From positions 480,001 to 544,000 of the forward strand of contig CAXXWQ010000003.1 of assembly GCA_963674945.2 (NCBI GenBank): 64,000 bases of DNA, in the 5' to 3' direction. The notes below the pieces were generated by a model that was not told the origin of the DNA, did not search any database, and saw only the letters and a program-made list of their open reading frames with translations. The translations under genes were made by a program, and so were the position numbers. The stretch's first letter is position 1. The number at the start of each line of letters is the position of its first letter. Below are positions 39,660 through 49,554 of this stretch, one piece after another. Source of the stretch: an uncultured Desulfosarcina sp. (lineage in GTDB: Bacteria; Desulfobacterota; Desulfobacteria; Desulfobacterales; Desulfosarcinaceae).

Positions 39660-40039
39660 GGTTTCCTGTCCTTTCTTTTTATTGGGCTTTGTTTCATAAA
39701 AAGTACTAATTTAAAGCACAGATTGCGCCACTATCGCCCATGTCTCATAAAAAAAGGAAAATGGCCCAAAGGCCCCACGGATCTTACGCGTGCGACGGTT
39801 GCGCGCATCCATCCCTGGATTCGGTGGGTGCAATGCTGCAACCTTCATGGAACTGGAAAAGGCGCAAAGGCGCTACTGATTGCCCATTGAAAGAAAATAG
39901 CGCCGAAATTGTCTTTTACCTTTACATACGCGTCGACCTTGATAGTTAAATTCATTGTCGTGTCCTTTCTTGTTTGTCATCAAATTGTATTGTTTTGATA
40001 TTCAATGGTTCGGGAATTTTCTTGGGGGGGGGGATAATC

Positions 40040-40939
40040 ATGATTCGATTGGGTTTGTGTTGTATTTTCGTCCATGCGCCCATATCATTCCGGCGTACCA
40101 CGGCAACCTACGTTGCCAAAATGAAACGAGAAGACCAACTTCGCCGCATTGCGGATCTGTGTCTGCACAATGCCAATGCATTGTTCGATGCGCTTTCCTA
40201 TTGCCGTGACAACCGTATCGGCGCCTTTCGCATCAACAGCCAGATCCTGCCGTTGATCACCCATCCCCGACAAGGCTACAGGATCCAGGAACTGCCCGAT
40301 CACAACAAAATCATCGATGCCTATTGTCAATGCGGCGAATTTACCCGGCGTCACGATATTCGCACCAGCTTCCATCCGGACCAATTCGTCGTAATCGCCT
40401 CACCCCGTGAGAATGTTCGTCGAAATTCATTGAAGGAACTGATCTACCAGGCCATGGTCGCCGATTGGGTGGGCGCCGATGTGATCAACATCCACGCCGG
40501 CGGGACCTATGGCGACAAGCAGGCGAGCCTGAAACGCCTGGAATCCATCATCCGGACACTGCCCGATTCGATCGTATCTCGACTCACCCTGGAAAACGAC
40601 GATCGGAGTTTTACGCCGGCCGATCTTCTGCCGGTATGCAGACAAACGGGCATCCCCCTTGCTTACGATGTGCACCACCATCGCTGCCTGCCGGACGGCC
40701 TTACCGAAGACGCGGCCACCCGGACGGCCCTGGACACCTGGAACCGGGAACCCTTGTTTCATATCTCCTCCCCCCTCGAACCGCAGGGCAAAGAGACGGG
40801 TCGACGTCATGCCGATTATGTGGATATCGCGGATTTTCCTGAATCGTGGAAGGGGCTGGATATCACCGTAGATGTGGAGGCCAAGGCCAAGGAATTGGCG
40901 GTGCAAAAACTGATGGACGATTTAGCAGCGCTGCGATGA
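40040..40939 (+). CDS. uvsE: UV DNA damage endonuclease
   Basis: RLGLCC, FRINS, SFHPDQFVV, NIHAGG, LENDD, YDVHHH, HADY and VEAKAKE motifs. Confidence 0.92.
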   Translation: MIRLGLCCIFVHAPISFRRTTATYVAKMKREDQLRRIADLCLHNANALFDALSYCRDNRIGAFRINSQILPLITHPRQGYRIQELPDHNKIIDAYCQCGEFTRRHDIRTSFHPDQFVVIASPRENVRRNSLKELIYQAMVADWVGADVINIHAGGTYGDKQASLKRLESIIRTLPDSIVSRLTLENDDRSFTPADLLPVCRQTGIPLAYDVHHHRCLPDGLTEDAATRTALDTWNREPLFHISSPLEPQGKETGRRHADYVDIADFPESWKGLDITVDVEAKAKELAVQKLMDDLAALR

Positions 40940-41056
40940 CAAAGTGCCTGCATCCGTTGATTCCGAAAGCGTTTCAATGGTAAAAGGTAAGGGAATGGAC
41001 GAAATGTTTTCCGCCTGTTGCGCAACACACATCAATGTAAGGAAAGGCCCGGCCCC

Positions 41057-41518
41057 ATGCGTCAAGAAGAATCGACCCGAAGTGCCATTCAATCCCTGTT
41101 GCGCCAGCAGCAGCTCGGGGTACTCTCCACCGTGGGCAATGACATGCCCTATGCCAACCTGGTTGCCTTCGTGGCATCCGAAGACCAACGCCACCTCTAT
41201 TTCGTTACCCCCCGGGCCACACGGAAATATGCCAACCTGTCGGCCAACGCCAACGTGGCCCTGCTGATCAACAACAGCAACAACCATCCGGATGATTTTC
41301 ACGATGCCGCGGCCGTTACGGCCGTCGGCACGGCATCCACCGTATCGGGATCCGCGCTTGTGACGGTTCAAAAACGGTATTTGGCCAAACACCCCTACCT
41401 GGAAGCGTTTGTTCGCTCCCCCGACTGTGAGATGGTTGACATCCACGTGATCCAATACATTCTGGTGGAGCGTTTCCAGAACGTCAGCGAATATCGGATC
41501 GACCATGAAAGCGAATGA
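41057..41518 (+). CDS. pyridoxamine 5'-phosphate oxidase-like FMN-binding protein
   Basis: GVLST..PYANLVAF and TRKYANL..N.NVALL motifs. Confidence 0.82.
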   Translation: MRQEESTRSAIQSLLRQQQLGVLSTVGNDMPYANLVAFVASEDQRHLYFVTPRATRKYANLSANANVALLINNSNNHPDDFHDAAAVTAVGTASTVSGSALVTVQKRYLAKHPYLEAFVRSPDCEMVDIHVIQYILVERFQNVSEYRIDHESE

Positions 41519-43049
41519 AACAAAAACCGCTCCCATTCTCGTGGTCGGCGCCACCGGATACGTAGGGGGCCGACTGGTCCCCCTGTTGGCGGAAAAGGGC
41601 TACCGGGTAAGGGCCATGGCCCGGTCCAGGGAAAAACTGGAATGTCGACCCTGGGCCCGCCATCCCAATGTGGAAACCGTATCCGGCGATGTGCTGGACA
41701 AAACCTCCTTCGCCCACGCGGCCCAGGGGTGCAGGGCGGCCTTTTACCTGGTTCACTCCATGATTGCCGCGAAAAAGGGCTACGCCCGGGCGGACCGACA
41801 GGGTGCCCTCCACATGGCTGCCGTGGCCGCAGCCGCAGGACTCGAACGAATCATCTATCTGGGAGGGCTGGGTGACAAAGACGATCGGCGCCTCAGCCAC
41901 CACCTGCGTTCCCGTCACGAGGTGGAGGCGGTCCTTTCCGCCGGCCCGGTTCCGGTTACCAATCTTCGGGCCGCCATGATCCTCGGGTCGGGCTCGGCAA
42001 GTTTCGAAATGCTGCGCTACCTGGTGGAACGGCTGCCGGTGATGACACCGCCCCGGTGGGTGAATACCCCCTGCCAACCCATCGCCATCGGTGATGTGCT
42101 GGCCTATCTGGCGGGGGCACTGGAAAACGAGAAAACCGCCGGCGACACCTTCGACATCGGCGGGCCGGACGTGGTCAATTATCGAGACTTGATCCGCATT
42201 TACGCCCAAAAGGCCGGTCTGCGCCCCCGCCTTGTCGTCACCATGCCCTTTCTTACCCCCAATTTGAGTGCCAAATGGATTCACCTGGTAACGCCGGTGC
42301 CCGCCGCCATCGCCCAACCATTGGCCGAGGGCCTGGCCATCCCCGTCGTCTGCCGGGACGATCGCATTCGACGGCTCGTCCCCATCACGCCGACGGGTGT
42401 GGAACAAGCCATCGAAACCGCGCTGGAAAAAGTGCTCACGGATCAGGTGGATTCCTGCTGGTACGATGCCGGACGACTGCTGCCGCCTGCCTGGGCCGCC
42501 TGCGGCGATGCAGACTGGGCCGGCGGAACCCTGATGACATGCGGTTACCGTGTGCAAATCGATGCCCGGCCCCATGAAGTGTGGCGCGTCGTGCGGGCTG
42601 TGGGTGGAACGCATGGGTGGTACTACGGCCAGTCCCTGTGGTGGCTGCGGGGTTTTCTGGACCGCCTGGCCGGTGGGGTGGGACTTCGCAGGGGCAGACG
42701 GCATCCGGAAATGCTCTGGGTGGGTGACGGCCTCGATTTCTGGCGGGTACTGGAGGTGGAAGAGGACCGGAAACTGGTGCTGCTGGCGGAAATGAAGTCG
42801 CCCGGAGAAGCTACCCTTACGTTTGAAATCATCCCCCTTGGGGATACGGCAACCCAATTAACCCTCATGGCCCGTTTCCTTCCACGGGGGCTGGCCGGGA
42901 TTCTGTACTGGTATACGCTCTATCCCTTTCACGAGATCATCTTCTCCGGCATGGCCCGGGTCATGGCCCGGGCCACCGGAAAACAGATCCGCGGAAAACC
43001 CCAACGGTTCACGCCGCGCATCGCCGACAGCTGTTCGTTGCCGGGATGA
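41505..43049 (+). CDS. NAD(P)-binding SDR with C-terminal DUF2867 (YbjT-like)
   Basis: GATGYVGGRL, YLVHSM, SHHLRSR and GSGSASFE motifs; C-terminal GDGLDFWRV and AEMKSPG. Confidence 0.88.
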   Translation: MKANETKTAPILVVGATGYVGGRLVPLLAEKGYRVRAMARSREKLECRPWARHPNVETVSGDVLDKTSFAHAAQGCRAAFYLVHSMIAAKKGYARADRQGALHMAAVAAAAGLERIIYLGGLGDKDDRRLSHHLRSRHEVEAVLSAGPVPVTNLRAAMILGSGSASFEMLRYLVERLPVMTPPRWVNTPCQPIAIGDVLAYLAGALENEKTAGDTFDIGGPDVVNYRDLIRIYAQKAGLRPRLVVTMPFLTPNLSAKWIHLVTPVPAAIAQPLAEGLAIPVVCRDDRIRRLVPITPTGVEQAIETALEKVLTDQVDSCWYDAGRLLPPAWAACGDADWAGGTLMTCGYRVQIDARPHEVWRVVRAVGGTHGWYYGQSLWWLRGFLDRLAGGVGLRRGRRHPEMLWVGDGLDFWRVLEVEEDRKLVLLAEMKSPGEATLTFEIIPLGDTATQLTLMARFLPRGLAGILYWYTLYPFHEIIFSGMARVMARATGKQIRGKPQRFTPRIADSCSLPG

Positions 43050-43050
43050 A

Positions 43051-43386
43051 TCAGCAGAAATTGCAGATCATGCTGTCCTGGGGCACATAGGTCTTGTAGG
43101 CGCGATCCGTTGCCCTGGCAATATATCCCGGAACCGCGATACCCGAATCATATTCGGCATAGTTGACGAAGGTTCTCCCGTCGATTCTCACCTTCATTCC
43201 GATCTGGGGGTCTTTCAGGGGAACGATGGCGTTGGTGTTGTGATAGCATTCCTCCAGTCCATGGAGGCCAAGTTCCGTGGCCTTTCTGGAAAGGCTCACT
43301 TCCATGTAATGTCGCCCGCCTTTTTGTATTTTCTCACCGTACTCCGATTCTATATGTGTCAGTAATGCATCGATTATGTTCTTCAT
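43051..43386 (-). CDS. hypothetical protein
   Basis: 111 aa with AAGGAG RBS; follows DUF2177 in the operon; ends MICNFC. Confidence 0.7.
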   Translation of the reverse strand: MKNIIDALLTHIESEYGEKIQKGGRHYMEVSLSRKATELGLHGLEECYHNTNAIVPLKDPQIGMKVRIDGRTFVNYAEYDSGIAVPGYIARATDRAYKTYVPQDSMICNFC

Positions 43387-43405
43387 TCTGGTTCTCCTTT
43401 TTGTC

Positions 43406-43840
43406 TCATGTAACGATCCCTGCCTTGAACAGCAGCTTGATCAAGGCCATTGTGACGACAGCGGTTCCGCCGGTCAGCACGGTTCCCCAACCGATGTCCA
43501 CCACCGTCACGAAAAGCGGCCAGGATTTGAGGAGCGCCAGGCAAGTCAAATCGAAGGTGCAGTAGGCGAAAAAGCCCAACAACGCCCCCATCAAGGCAAC
43601 CTGCATGCCGCTCCAGCCGTGTTGCAGCCCCGGTATGAGAACGAACATTTGAATGCCGGCAATATAGACCAGGTAGAAGAGAATGGCCGCCGGCCAGTTT
43701 ACCTGTTCGCGCAGCAGGTGTCCCAGGTGCCTGGCGTAAAACCCCTTGGCAACGACGCCCAGCCAGATGAGATCGATGGCAAAGAAGACCACAACCGTTA
43801 TCGCGTACAACAATGAAAAATTGACCAGGGTTGCCTTCAT
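43406..43840 (-). CDS. DUF2177-family membrane protein
   Basis: IDLIWLGVVAKGFY, AAILFYLVY, YCTFDLT and VDIGWG motifs. Confidence 0.88.
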   Translation of the reverse strand: MKATLVNFSLLYAITVVVFFAIDLIWLGVVAKGFYARHLGHLLREQVNWPAAILFYLVYIAGIQMFVLIPGLQHGWSGMQVALMGALLGFFAYCTFDLTCLALLKSWPLFVTVVDIGWGTVLTGGTAVVTMALIKLLFKAGIVT

Positions 43841-43947
43841 TTTGCGTTCTCCCTCGCCGGCCTTCTTCTTTTGCTGGCCGAATTGACTTATCTTACAACG
43901 CCAACCAGCGCAGCGTTCCTCTCCACGACGGGGCTTTCCATATGGTT

Positions 43948-45951
43948 TTACGGATCGGTATCACCACGAGTCTGAAATGCCTCGTTTCCCTCCCGCGTCA
44001 GTACCAATTGCAGATCTCCGATTGCCCGTTCCCGAAATGCCGCTTCGCAACTGCCGAAATAGTAGGCCCACTTTCGCTGGAATGTGCGATCGAAACCCAG
44101 TCGCCCCACGCGATCCAGATTTTCACGGAATCGTTTGTGCCAGCGGGAAAGGGTTGTGGCGTAATGGCTGCCGATATTCTCCACGTGGTCGACCATGAGA
44201 CGGCTGCTGCGGGTCATGGCCCGGGTCAATACCGTCAACGAGGGGAGCAGGCCACCGGGGAAGATGTGCTTTTGGATCCAATCGTGGGATCTGCGATATT
44301 GTTCGTAACGTTGATCGGCGACGGTAATGGTCTGCATGACGGCGATGCCGCCGGGGGCAAGAAGGCGGTCAAGCTGCTTAAAAAACACGCCGTAGTAATT
44401 GTGTCCCACAGCCTCCAGCATCTCGATGGAGATGATCTTGTCAAAACGACCGCGCATCTTTCGATAGTCGCAGAACCGGATCTCGATGCGGTCTTCCAAT
44501 CCGGCGCGCCGAACCCGTTCTTTTGCGAATTCGTATTGTTCTTTGGAGATGGTAATGCCGGTGACCCGGCATCCGGTTCGCCGCACCGCTTCCATGGCAA
44601 AACCGCCCCAACCGCAGCCGATTTCCAGCACATGGTCCTTTTCCGTAAGTCGCGCCTTTTCCATGATCGTGTGAAACTTTCTTCGTTGGGCGACCTCCAG
44701 CGGCGCGTTCGGGTCATCGAAAACGGCGCATGAATAGGCCATGGTGTCATCCAGGAAGGTCTGGAAGAAATCGTTGGACAGGTCGTAATGGTCGCCGATG
44801 TTGCGGCGACTCCCGGAAAGGGTGTTGGCGCGGCGCAAAAAGCTGATATATTCAAGAACCCGGTTCAACAGACCCGCCTTGAAATCTCCCTCCTGAAGAG
44901 ATCTTCGGTTGCGGATAAAAAAACCGACGACGCCGGCAATGTCGTCGGTGTCCCACTCATCGAACATGAAACCCTCTCCCAACCCAATATCCGAACCCAG
45001 AACCACCCTCGAGAAAAAACGATGGTCGTTGACCTTCATGCGGACCGGATCGCTTGCGTCTCGTCCACCGAAGTCGTGCACCGTTTTGTCAGGCATGGTC
45101 AATTGCAGACGCCCCTTCTCCGCCCTGGCCAGGTGGTTTATCACCAGCCGGGAACAGTAGCGCTGAAACAAGGAGGGGGCCGGCCGTCGGACGGTCATGG
45201 CGCTTTGGGGAACGGGTTTGGAGAAAAAGTCGAGTCCGCGGGAAAAACGCAGCTTGAACGCCTCCCGATAGATCCGGGGTATGGTCATATGGGGGCGAAC
45301 AGGATGGCGAAGAAGTGTCTTCACTTGGTTGTACAGGGTCAGGGGCCTGCCGGTACCCGTGAGGCGGGCACGCAGCACATGTTCTCCCTTGCGGTGCAGA
45401 TCGATCCGAATATCCAGTTCCCGACGAATGTCGGCGAAAGTGAAGTGATAGGTTCCGTCCATGTCGTTGAAAGGAGATACATGGAAGGCCTTTTGCACCT
45501 GAAAGCGGGCTGGGAATTGGCCGTTGGCCGGCTCGGATGAGAAGAGCGGGTAGATGTGTTTTTCCCCGAAGGTATTGTTGACCTCGGTGATGACGGCCAT
45601 GAGCCGATCGCCCATTGAGAAGCAATAGTAAAAACTCACCGGATTAAAGACATAGCCCATGTGTCTGGGCGACGTGACCATGATGACCCGGCCGATTTCT
45701 TTCCGTGGGATCCGAGGAGAGAGATATGTGAGAACTTTTTCCCGTATACCATTCGTGTTCTCATCCAGATGGTCTGCATCGTACAAGGCCACCGGACGCG
45801 GGCGGTTGTACCCGAAGAGGAGCGACCGCCGGTTCAGTTCGCCGAGATCGTCCAGATCCAGTGCATACACGTGGTGACGGTAGATCAAGCGATGTCGATT
45901 GGGAACATATCGTTCATGCTCTACAAATCCTTCGTAGATATCAGAATTCAT
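43948..45951 (-). CDS. DUF1365 domain fused to a cyclopropane-fatty-acyl-phospholipid synthase-family methyltransferase
   Basis: N-terminal HER..P, FNPVSFYYC, EVNNTFGE and KAFHVSPF (DUF1365); C-terminal HYDLSNDFF, LEIGCGWG, SIEMLEAVG and HIFPGG. Confidence 0.9.
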   Translation of the reverse strand: MNSDIYEGFVEHERYVPNRHRLIYRHHVYALDLDDLGELNRRSLLFGYNRPRPVALYDADHLDENTNGIREKVLTYLSPRIPRKEIGRVIMVTSPRHMGYVFNPVSFYYCFSMGDRLMAVITEVNNTFGEKHIYPLFSSEPANGQFPARFQVQKAFHVSPFNDMDGTYHFTFADIRRELDIRIDLHRKGEHVLRARLTGTGRPLTLYNQVKTLLRHPVRPHMTIPRIYREAFKLRFSRGLDFFSKPVPQSAMTVRRPAPSLFQRYCSRLVINHLARAEKGRLQLTMPDKTVHDFGGRDASDPVRMKVNDHRFFSRVVLGSDIGLGEGFMFDEWDTDDIAGVVGFFIRNRRSLQEGDFKAGLLNRVLEYISFLRRANTLSGSRRNIGDHYDLSNDFFQTFLDDTMAYSCAVFDDPNAPLEVAQRRKFHTIMEKARLTEKDHVLEIGCGWGGFAMEAVRRTGCRVTGITISKEQYEFAKERVRRAGLEDRIEIRFCDYRKMRGRFDKIISIEMLEAVGHNYYGVFFKQLDRLLAPGGIAVMQTITVADQRYEQYRRSHDWIQKHIFPGGLLPSLTVLTRAMTRSSRLMVDHVENIGSHYATTLSRWHKRFRENLDRVGRLGFDRTFQRKWAYYFGSCEAAFRERAIGDLQLVLTREGNEAFQTRGDTDP

Positions 45952-47236
45952 GAGTTCCTCCCAGTGCGGCCGCCACCTGGAAACCGGAACGGGCGGCATC
46001 TTCGTGAAACCCGTAACCGAAATAGCTGCCGCAAAACCAGGTGTTGGCAGCGCCGTTGAGACGGGAAAGCGCGGCTTGGGTGTCAAGGCTTTCGAAACTG
46101 TACACGGGATGGGTATAGGTCATGTGCGCGATGACCTTTTCATCGTTCATCGGCGCGAAAGGGTTCAACGTAACCAGATAGGGATTTCGGGTCTCGAGCC
46201 GTTGGAGGCGGTTCATGTGATAGGTCAAGGTAATCGGCGATGTCGCGTCAAAGGTCCGTTTTCGGATGAAATTCCATGAAGCCCAGGCCATGGAGTTGGT
46301 GGGCATCCAGGTGAGATCCGTATGCAGGTAAGTCTCGTTGACACTGTATTGCCAAGCCCCCAGGAGCCGGCGTTCCGCATCACTGGGGTCGGCCAGCAGT
46401 TCCAGGGCTTCATCGGCATGGGTGGCGATGATGACCCGGTCGAATGGACGGGCGGTGCCGTCGGCATGGGTCAGGGCCACCCCATGGTCTGTTCGGCGAA
46501 TGGACACCACGGGAACGCCGGTGTGAATCTCTCCCGGGAATTGCTCCAGAAAACGTTTTACGTATGTGTGGCTCCCGCCGGCGACGTAGTACCATTGGGG
46601 GTGCCCGAAAACGGTCAAGAGTCCATGGTTGTGAAAAAACCGGGCGAAGGTGAGCATGGGAAACCGGTCTACGACCAGGTCCGGTGCCGACCAGATGGCC
46701 GCCACCATGGGGTAGAGGTATTGCCGTCGAAATCGCGTGGAGAACCGGAAACGCCGTAAAAAGTCACCGAGAGTGAGAGATGTAAGCCGGTTGGCCTGCA
46801 AAGAGCGACGAACCAATCCATTGAACCGCAAAATCTCGACCAGCATCCACCAATAGGTGGGCGACAGCAGGTTGCCACGTTGGGCAAACAGCGTGTTGAT
46901 GTCACAGCTGGCGTATTGAAACCCGCTTTTTTCGTCGAAGTAGGAAAATGACATGTCGCTTTTTTCGATGGCGACACCGAGTTTGGAAAAAAACCGGTTA
47001 AGAATCGGATAGGTTCGATCGTTGAAAACGATAAAACCGGTGTCCACCGGCGTACCGGCATCCGGGCCATTGGGAATGGTGATGGTGTGGGTGTGGCCGC
47101 CAACATAGTCGTTTTTTTCGAACAGGGTGATGCGGTGGACGTCCTGGAGGGAGTAGGCGGCAGCAATACCGGCTACACCGCCGCCGACGATGGCGATTCG
47201 CAATGTCTTAGTTTCATTCATCGGTTTCTCCGTCAT
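45941..47236 (-). CDS. FAD-dependent oxidoreductase (amine-oxidase-like, UfaD-like)
   Basis: IVGGGVAG, GGHTHT, VDTGFIVFN..TYP, WASWN and GSYFGYGFHED motifs. Confidence 0.88.
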   Translation of the reverse strand: MTEKPMNETKTLRIAIVGGGVAGIAAAYSLQDVHRITLFEKNDYVGGHTHTITIPNGPDAGTPVDTGFIVFNDRTYPILNRFFSKLGVAIEKSDMSFSYFDEKSGFQYASCDINTLFAQRGNLLSPTYWWMLVEILRFNGLVRRSLQANRLTSLTLGDFLRRFRFSTRFRRQYLYPMVAAIWSAPDLVVDRFPMLTFARFFHNHGLLTVFGHPQWYYVAGGSHTYVKRFLEQFPGEIHTGVPVVSIRRTDHGVALTHADGTARPFDRVIIATHADEALELLADPSDAERRLLGAWQYSVNETYLHTDLTWMPTNSMAWASWNFIRKRTFDATSPITLTYHMNRLQRLETRNPYLVTLNPFAPMNDEKVIAHMTYTHPVYSFESLDTQAALSRLNGAANTWFCGSYFGYGFHEDAARSGFQVAAALGGTHEF

Positions 47237-47363
47237 CACGCTTACCTCCAGCAAATGAAAGTTAGGATATACGCACAAGAGACTGCGGGAAACGCTAACT
47301 AGCTGTTCTGCAAAAGTTTATCAGGATCTCGATATCTTCAATACCAATGGGTTGACCGTTTAG

Positions 47364-47382
47364 TGATAGGACAAACCTATCA
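47364..47382. promoter_or_regulatory. palindrome in the divergent promoter of the lipid-modification cluster, candidate operator
   Basis: TGATAGG-ACAAA-CCTATCA, with flanking CCGTTT/AAACGG extending the symmetry. Confidence 0.45.
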
Positions 47383-47560
47383 AAACGGGGGGTCTCTGCC
47401 CATGGATGCATCAAAAAATGGCGGGGTGAGAATCGAAATTTATCGTACCATTCTCCGCTGTTGGGTTCAACCTACCAATGGCCACCCAATCCAGTAATAT
47501 TGAAATATGCTGATGAAAGGCCAAAATTAAGCGCATGACCAATTCAAACGGGAGGGCATC

Positions 47561-48157
47561 ATGCGTCAACTATCGGCTCAAATTCAAGCGGGAATTCAAG
47601 TTGCGCTTTTCGCATCCGCATTGATGGCGATGCAAAGCGTTGAACCTGCCTCGGCCAATCCGATCGAGGGTGTCCGGTTTCCCAAGGCCTATGGCGTCGG
47701 CGACGGCGCACTGGAAATCAAAGGCACGGGCGTCTTGCGTTACCTGGGCTTTATTAAGGTGTATGCCGGTGCACTCTATGCGCTGCCGAATGTGTCACCC
47801 AAATCGATTCTGGATGACACCCCGAAACGACTGGAAGTAAAATACTTTCATTCGATCAAGGGGGAAGACTTCGGACCGGCCACCTACAAGGGGTTGTCCC
47901 GGAATCTGACCGACGAGGAGATCGAAACATTACGCGAGCGCATCGAATATCACAACAGCCTCTATGTGGATGTAAAACCTGGTGATCGCTGCGCACTGAC
48001 CTATGAACCGGGAAAAGGGACAATTCTTTCACTCAATGGAAAGACGTTGGGGGTGATCGAGGGACCTGATTTTGCGGCTGCCATCTTTTCCATGTGGCTG
48101 GGAGAAAATCCTTTCGACAGGCGTTTTCGGGATGATCTTCTGGGGATCGATGGGTGA
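47561..48157 (+). CDS. chalcone-isomerase-like periplasmic protein
   Basis: Signal peptide; KVYAGALY, DVKPGD and FAAAIFSMWLGE motifs. Confidence 0.85.
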   Translation: MRQLSAQIQAGIQVALFASALMAMQSVEPASANPIEGVRFPKAYGVGDGALEIKGTGVLRYLGFIKVYAGALYALPNVSPKSILDDTPKRLEVKYFHSIKGEDFGPATYKGLSRNLTDEEIETLRERIEYHNSLYVDVKPGDRCALTYEPGKGTILSLNGKTLGVIEGPDFAAAIFSMWLGENPFDRRFRDDLLGIDG

Positions 48158-49554
48158 TTCAAATGACCAGGCCGGATCTCAAGACAAAACTTTCCTACAG
48201 CCTGCCGGCATTTGCGTTGGCTGTCATCGGCATTCCGGTATATGTCTATATTCCCAAGTTCTATACCGACGTCGTTGGCATCGATATCGCCATCGCCGGA
48301 TTTCTTCTCTTTGGTGTCCGGCTTTTCGATGCCGTCACCGATCCCATCGTCGGGACCTGGTCTGACCGGACGCGAACCCGCTTCGGCCGCCGCACGCCTT
48401 TTCTGGTGATCGGTTCCCCATTGCTTGCCGCGGCACTGATCCTTCTCTTCAATCCGCCGGATTTCTCTCCAACCATGGGTACGATCTGGTTTGGACTGTG
48501 GATCTACCTTCTCTTTTTCTTCTGGACTCTGGTTACGGTTCCCTATGAGGCATTGGGACCGGAAATTACCTTCGACTACGATGCACGGACCGACCTCTTT
48601 GCCTGGCGGGATGGTTTTCTCATCGCCGGCACCCTGATGGCCGCCGCCTCACCGGCGCTTGTCCAATCTGTTTTTGAAACCGGCACGGGTCCATCCGGTG
48701 AACGAATGCAGTTGTTCTGGATCTCAATTTTCTATGGACCGCTGGTAGTACTATTGTGCTGGACATGTGCTAAAATAGTAAAAGAGAAAATGGTTCTGCC
48801 CCCGGGCGTTTCGACGGCAAGCCGGCGTGAATACCGTACGATATTCCGGAACCGACCATTCATGATCCTTCTTGGTGCCTATACGATCAGTGCCATCGGA
48901 AGTAATTTACCGGCAACATTGATCCTCTACTACGTCGAATATGTACTCGGTTCCCATCGCGCAGACCAGTTCCTTCTTCTCTACTTTATCGCCGGCATCA
49001 TTTTTCTTCCCATCTGGGTCGGCCTTTCCCGCCGGTTCGGAAAAAAACAGACCTGGATCGGTGCCATGCTGGTAAATACCGGCGCCTTTGCGGCGGTCTT
49101 TTTTCTGGGACCGGGCGATGAGCTCCTTTACGGCCTGCTCGTCTGCCTGTCCGGCATGGGTTTTGGAGCCACGTTGGCCCTGCCCTCCGCCATTCAGGCG
49201 GACGTGATCGATTACGACGAATTGAAGACGGGAGAGCGCAGAGAAGGACAATACATCGGTCTTTGGTCCGTTTCCAAAAAACTGGCGGCGGCCACGGGGG
49301 TCGGCGTCGGCCTGTCGGTATTGGGCAGCGTGGGATACGTTCCCAATGCTGCACAGTCCGAAACCGTAATTCTTGCCCTGCGAATCCTTTATGCCCTCGT
49401 ACCCTCCGTGTGCAACCTGCTGGCGATCACCATCGTCCTCGCCTACCCGATCGATGGCAAGATACACCGGTGTATTCGAGGAGCCATCCGCCGGCAAAGA
49501 GAGGAACGAACATCGGTACAACCAATGACCACGTCCCAATCATGTGGTCTGTGA
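48154..49554 (+). CDS. MFS transporter, GPH/MelB-like
   Basis: RLFDAVTDP.VG..SD.TRTRFGRR and ADVIDYDE..TGERREG motifs; about 12 hydrophobic segments. Confidence 0.88.
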   Translation: MIQMTRPDLKTKLSYSLPAFALAVIGIPVYVYIPKFYTDVVGIDIAIAGFLLFGVRLFDAVTDPIVGTWSDRTRTRFGRRTPFLVIGSPLLAAALILLFNPPDFSPTMGTIWFGLWIYLLFFFWTLVTVPYEALGPEITFDYDARTDLFAWRDGFLIAGTLMAAASPALVQSVFETGTGPSGERMQLFWISIFYGPLVVLLCWTCAKIVKEKMVLPPGVSTASRREYRTIFRNRPFMILLGAYTISAIGSNLPATLILYYVEYVLGSHRADQFLLLYFIAGIIFLPIWVGLSRRFGKKQTWIGAMLVNTGAFAAVFFLGPGDELLYGLLVCLSGMGFGATLALPSAIQADVIDYDELKTGERREGQYIGLWSVSKKLAAATGVGVGLSVLGSVGYVPNAAQSETVILALRILYALVPSVCNLLAITIVLAYPIDGKIHRCIRGAIRRQREERTSVQPMTTSQSCGL

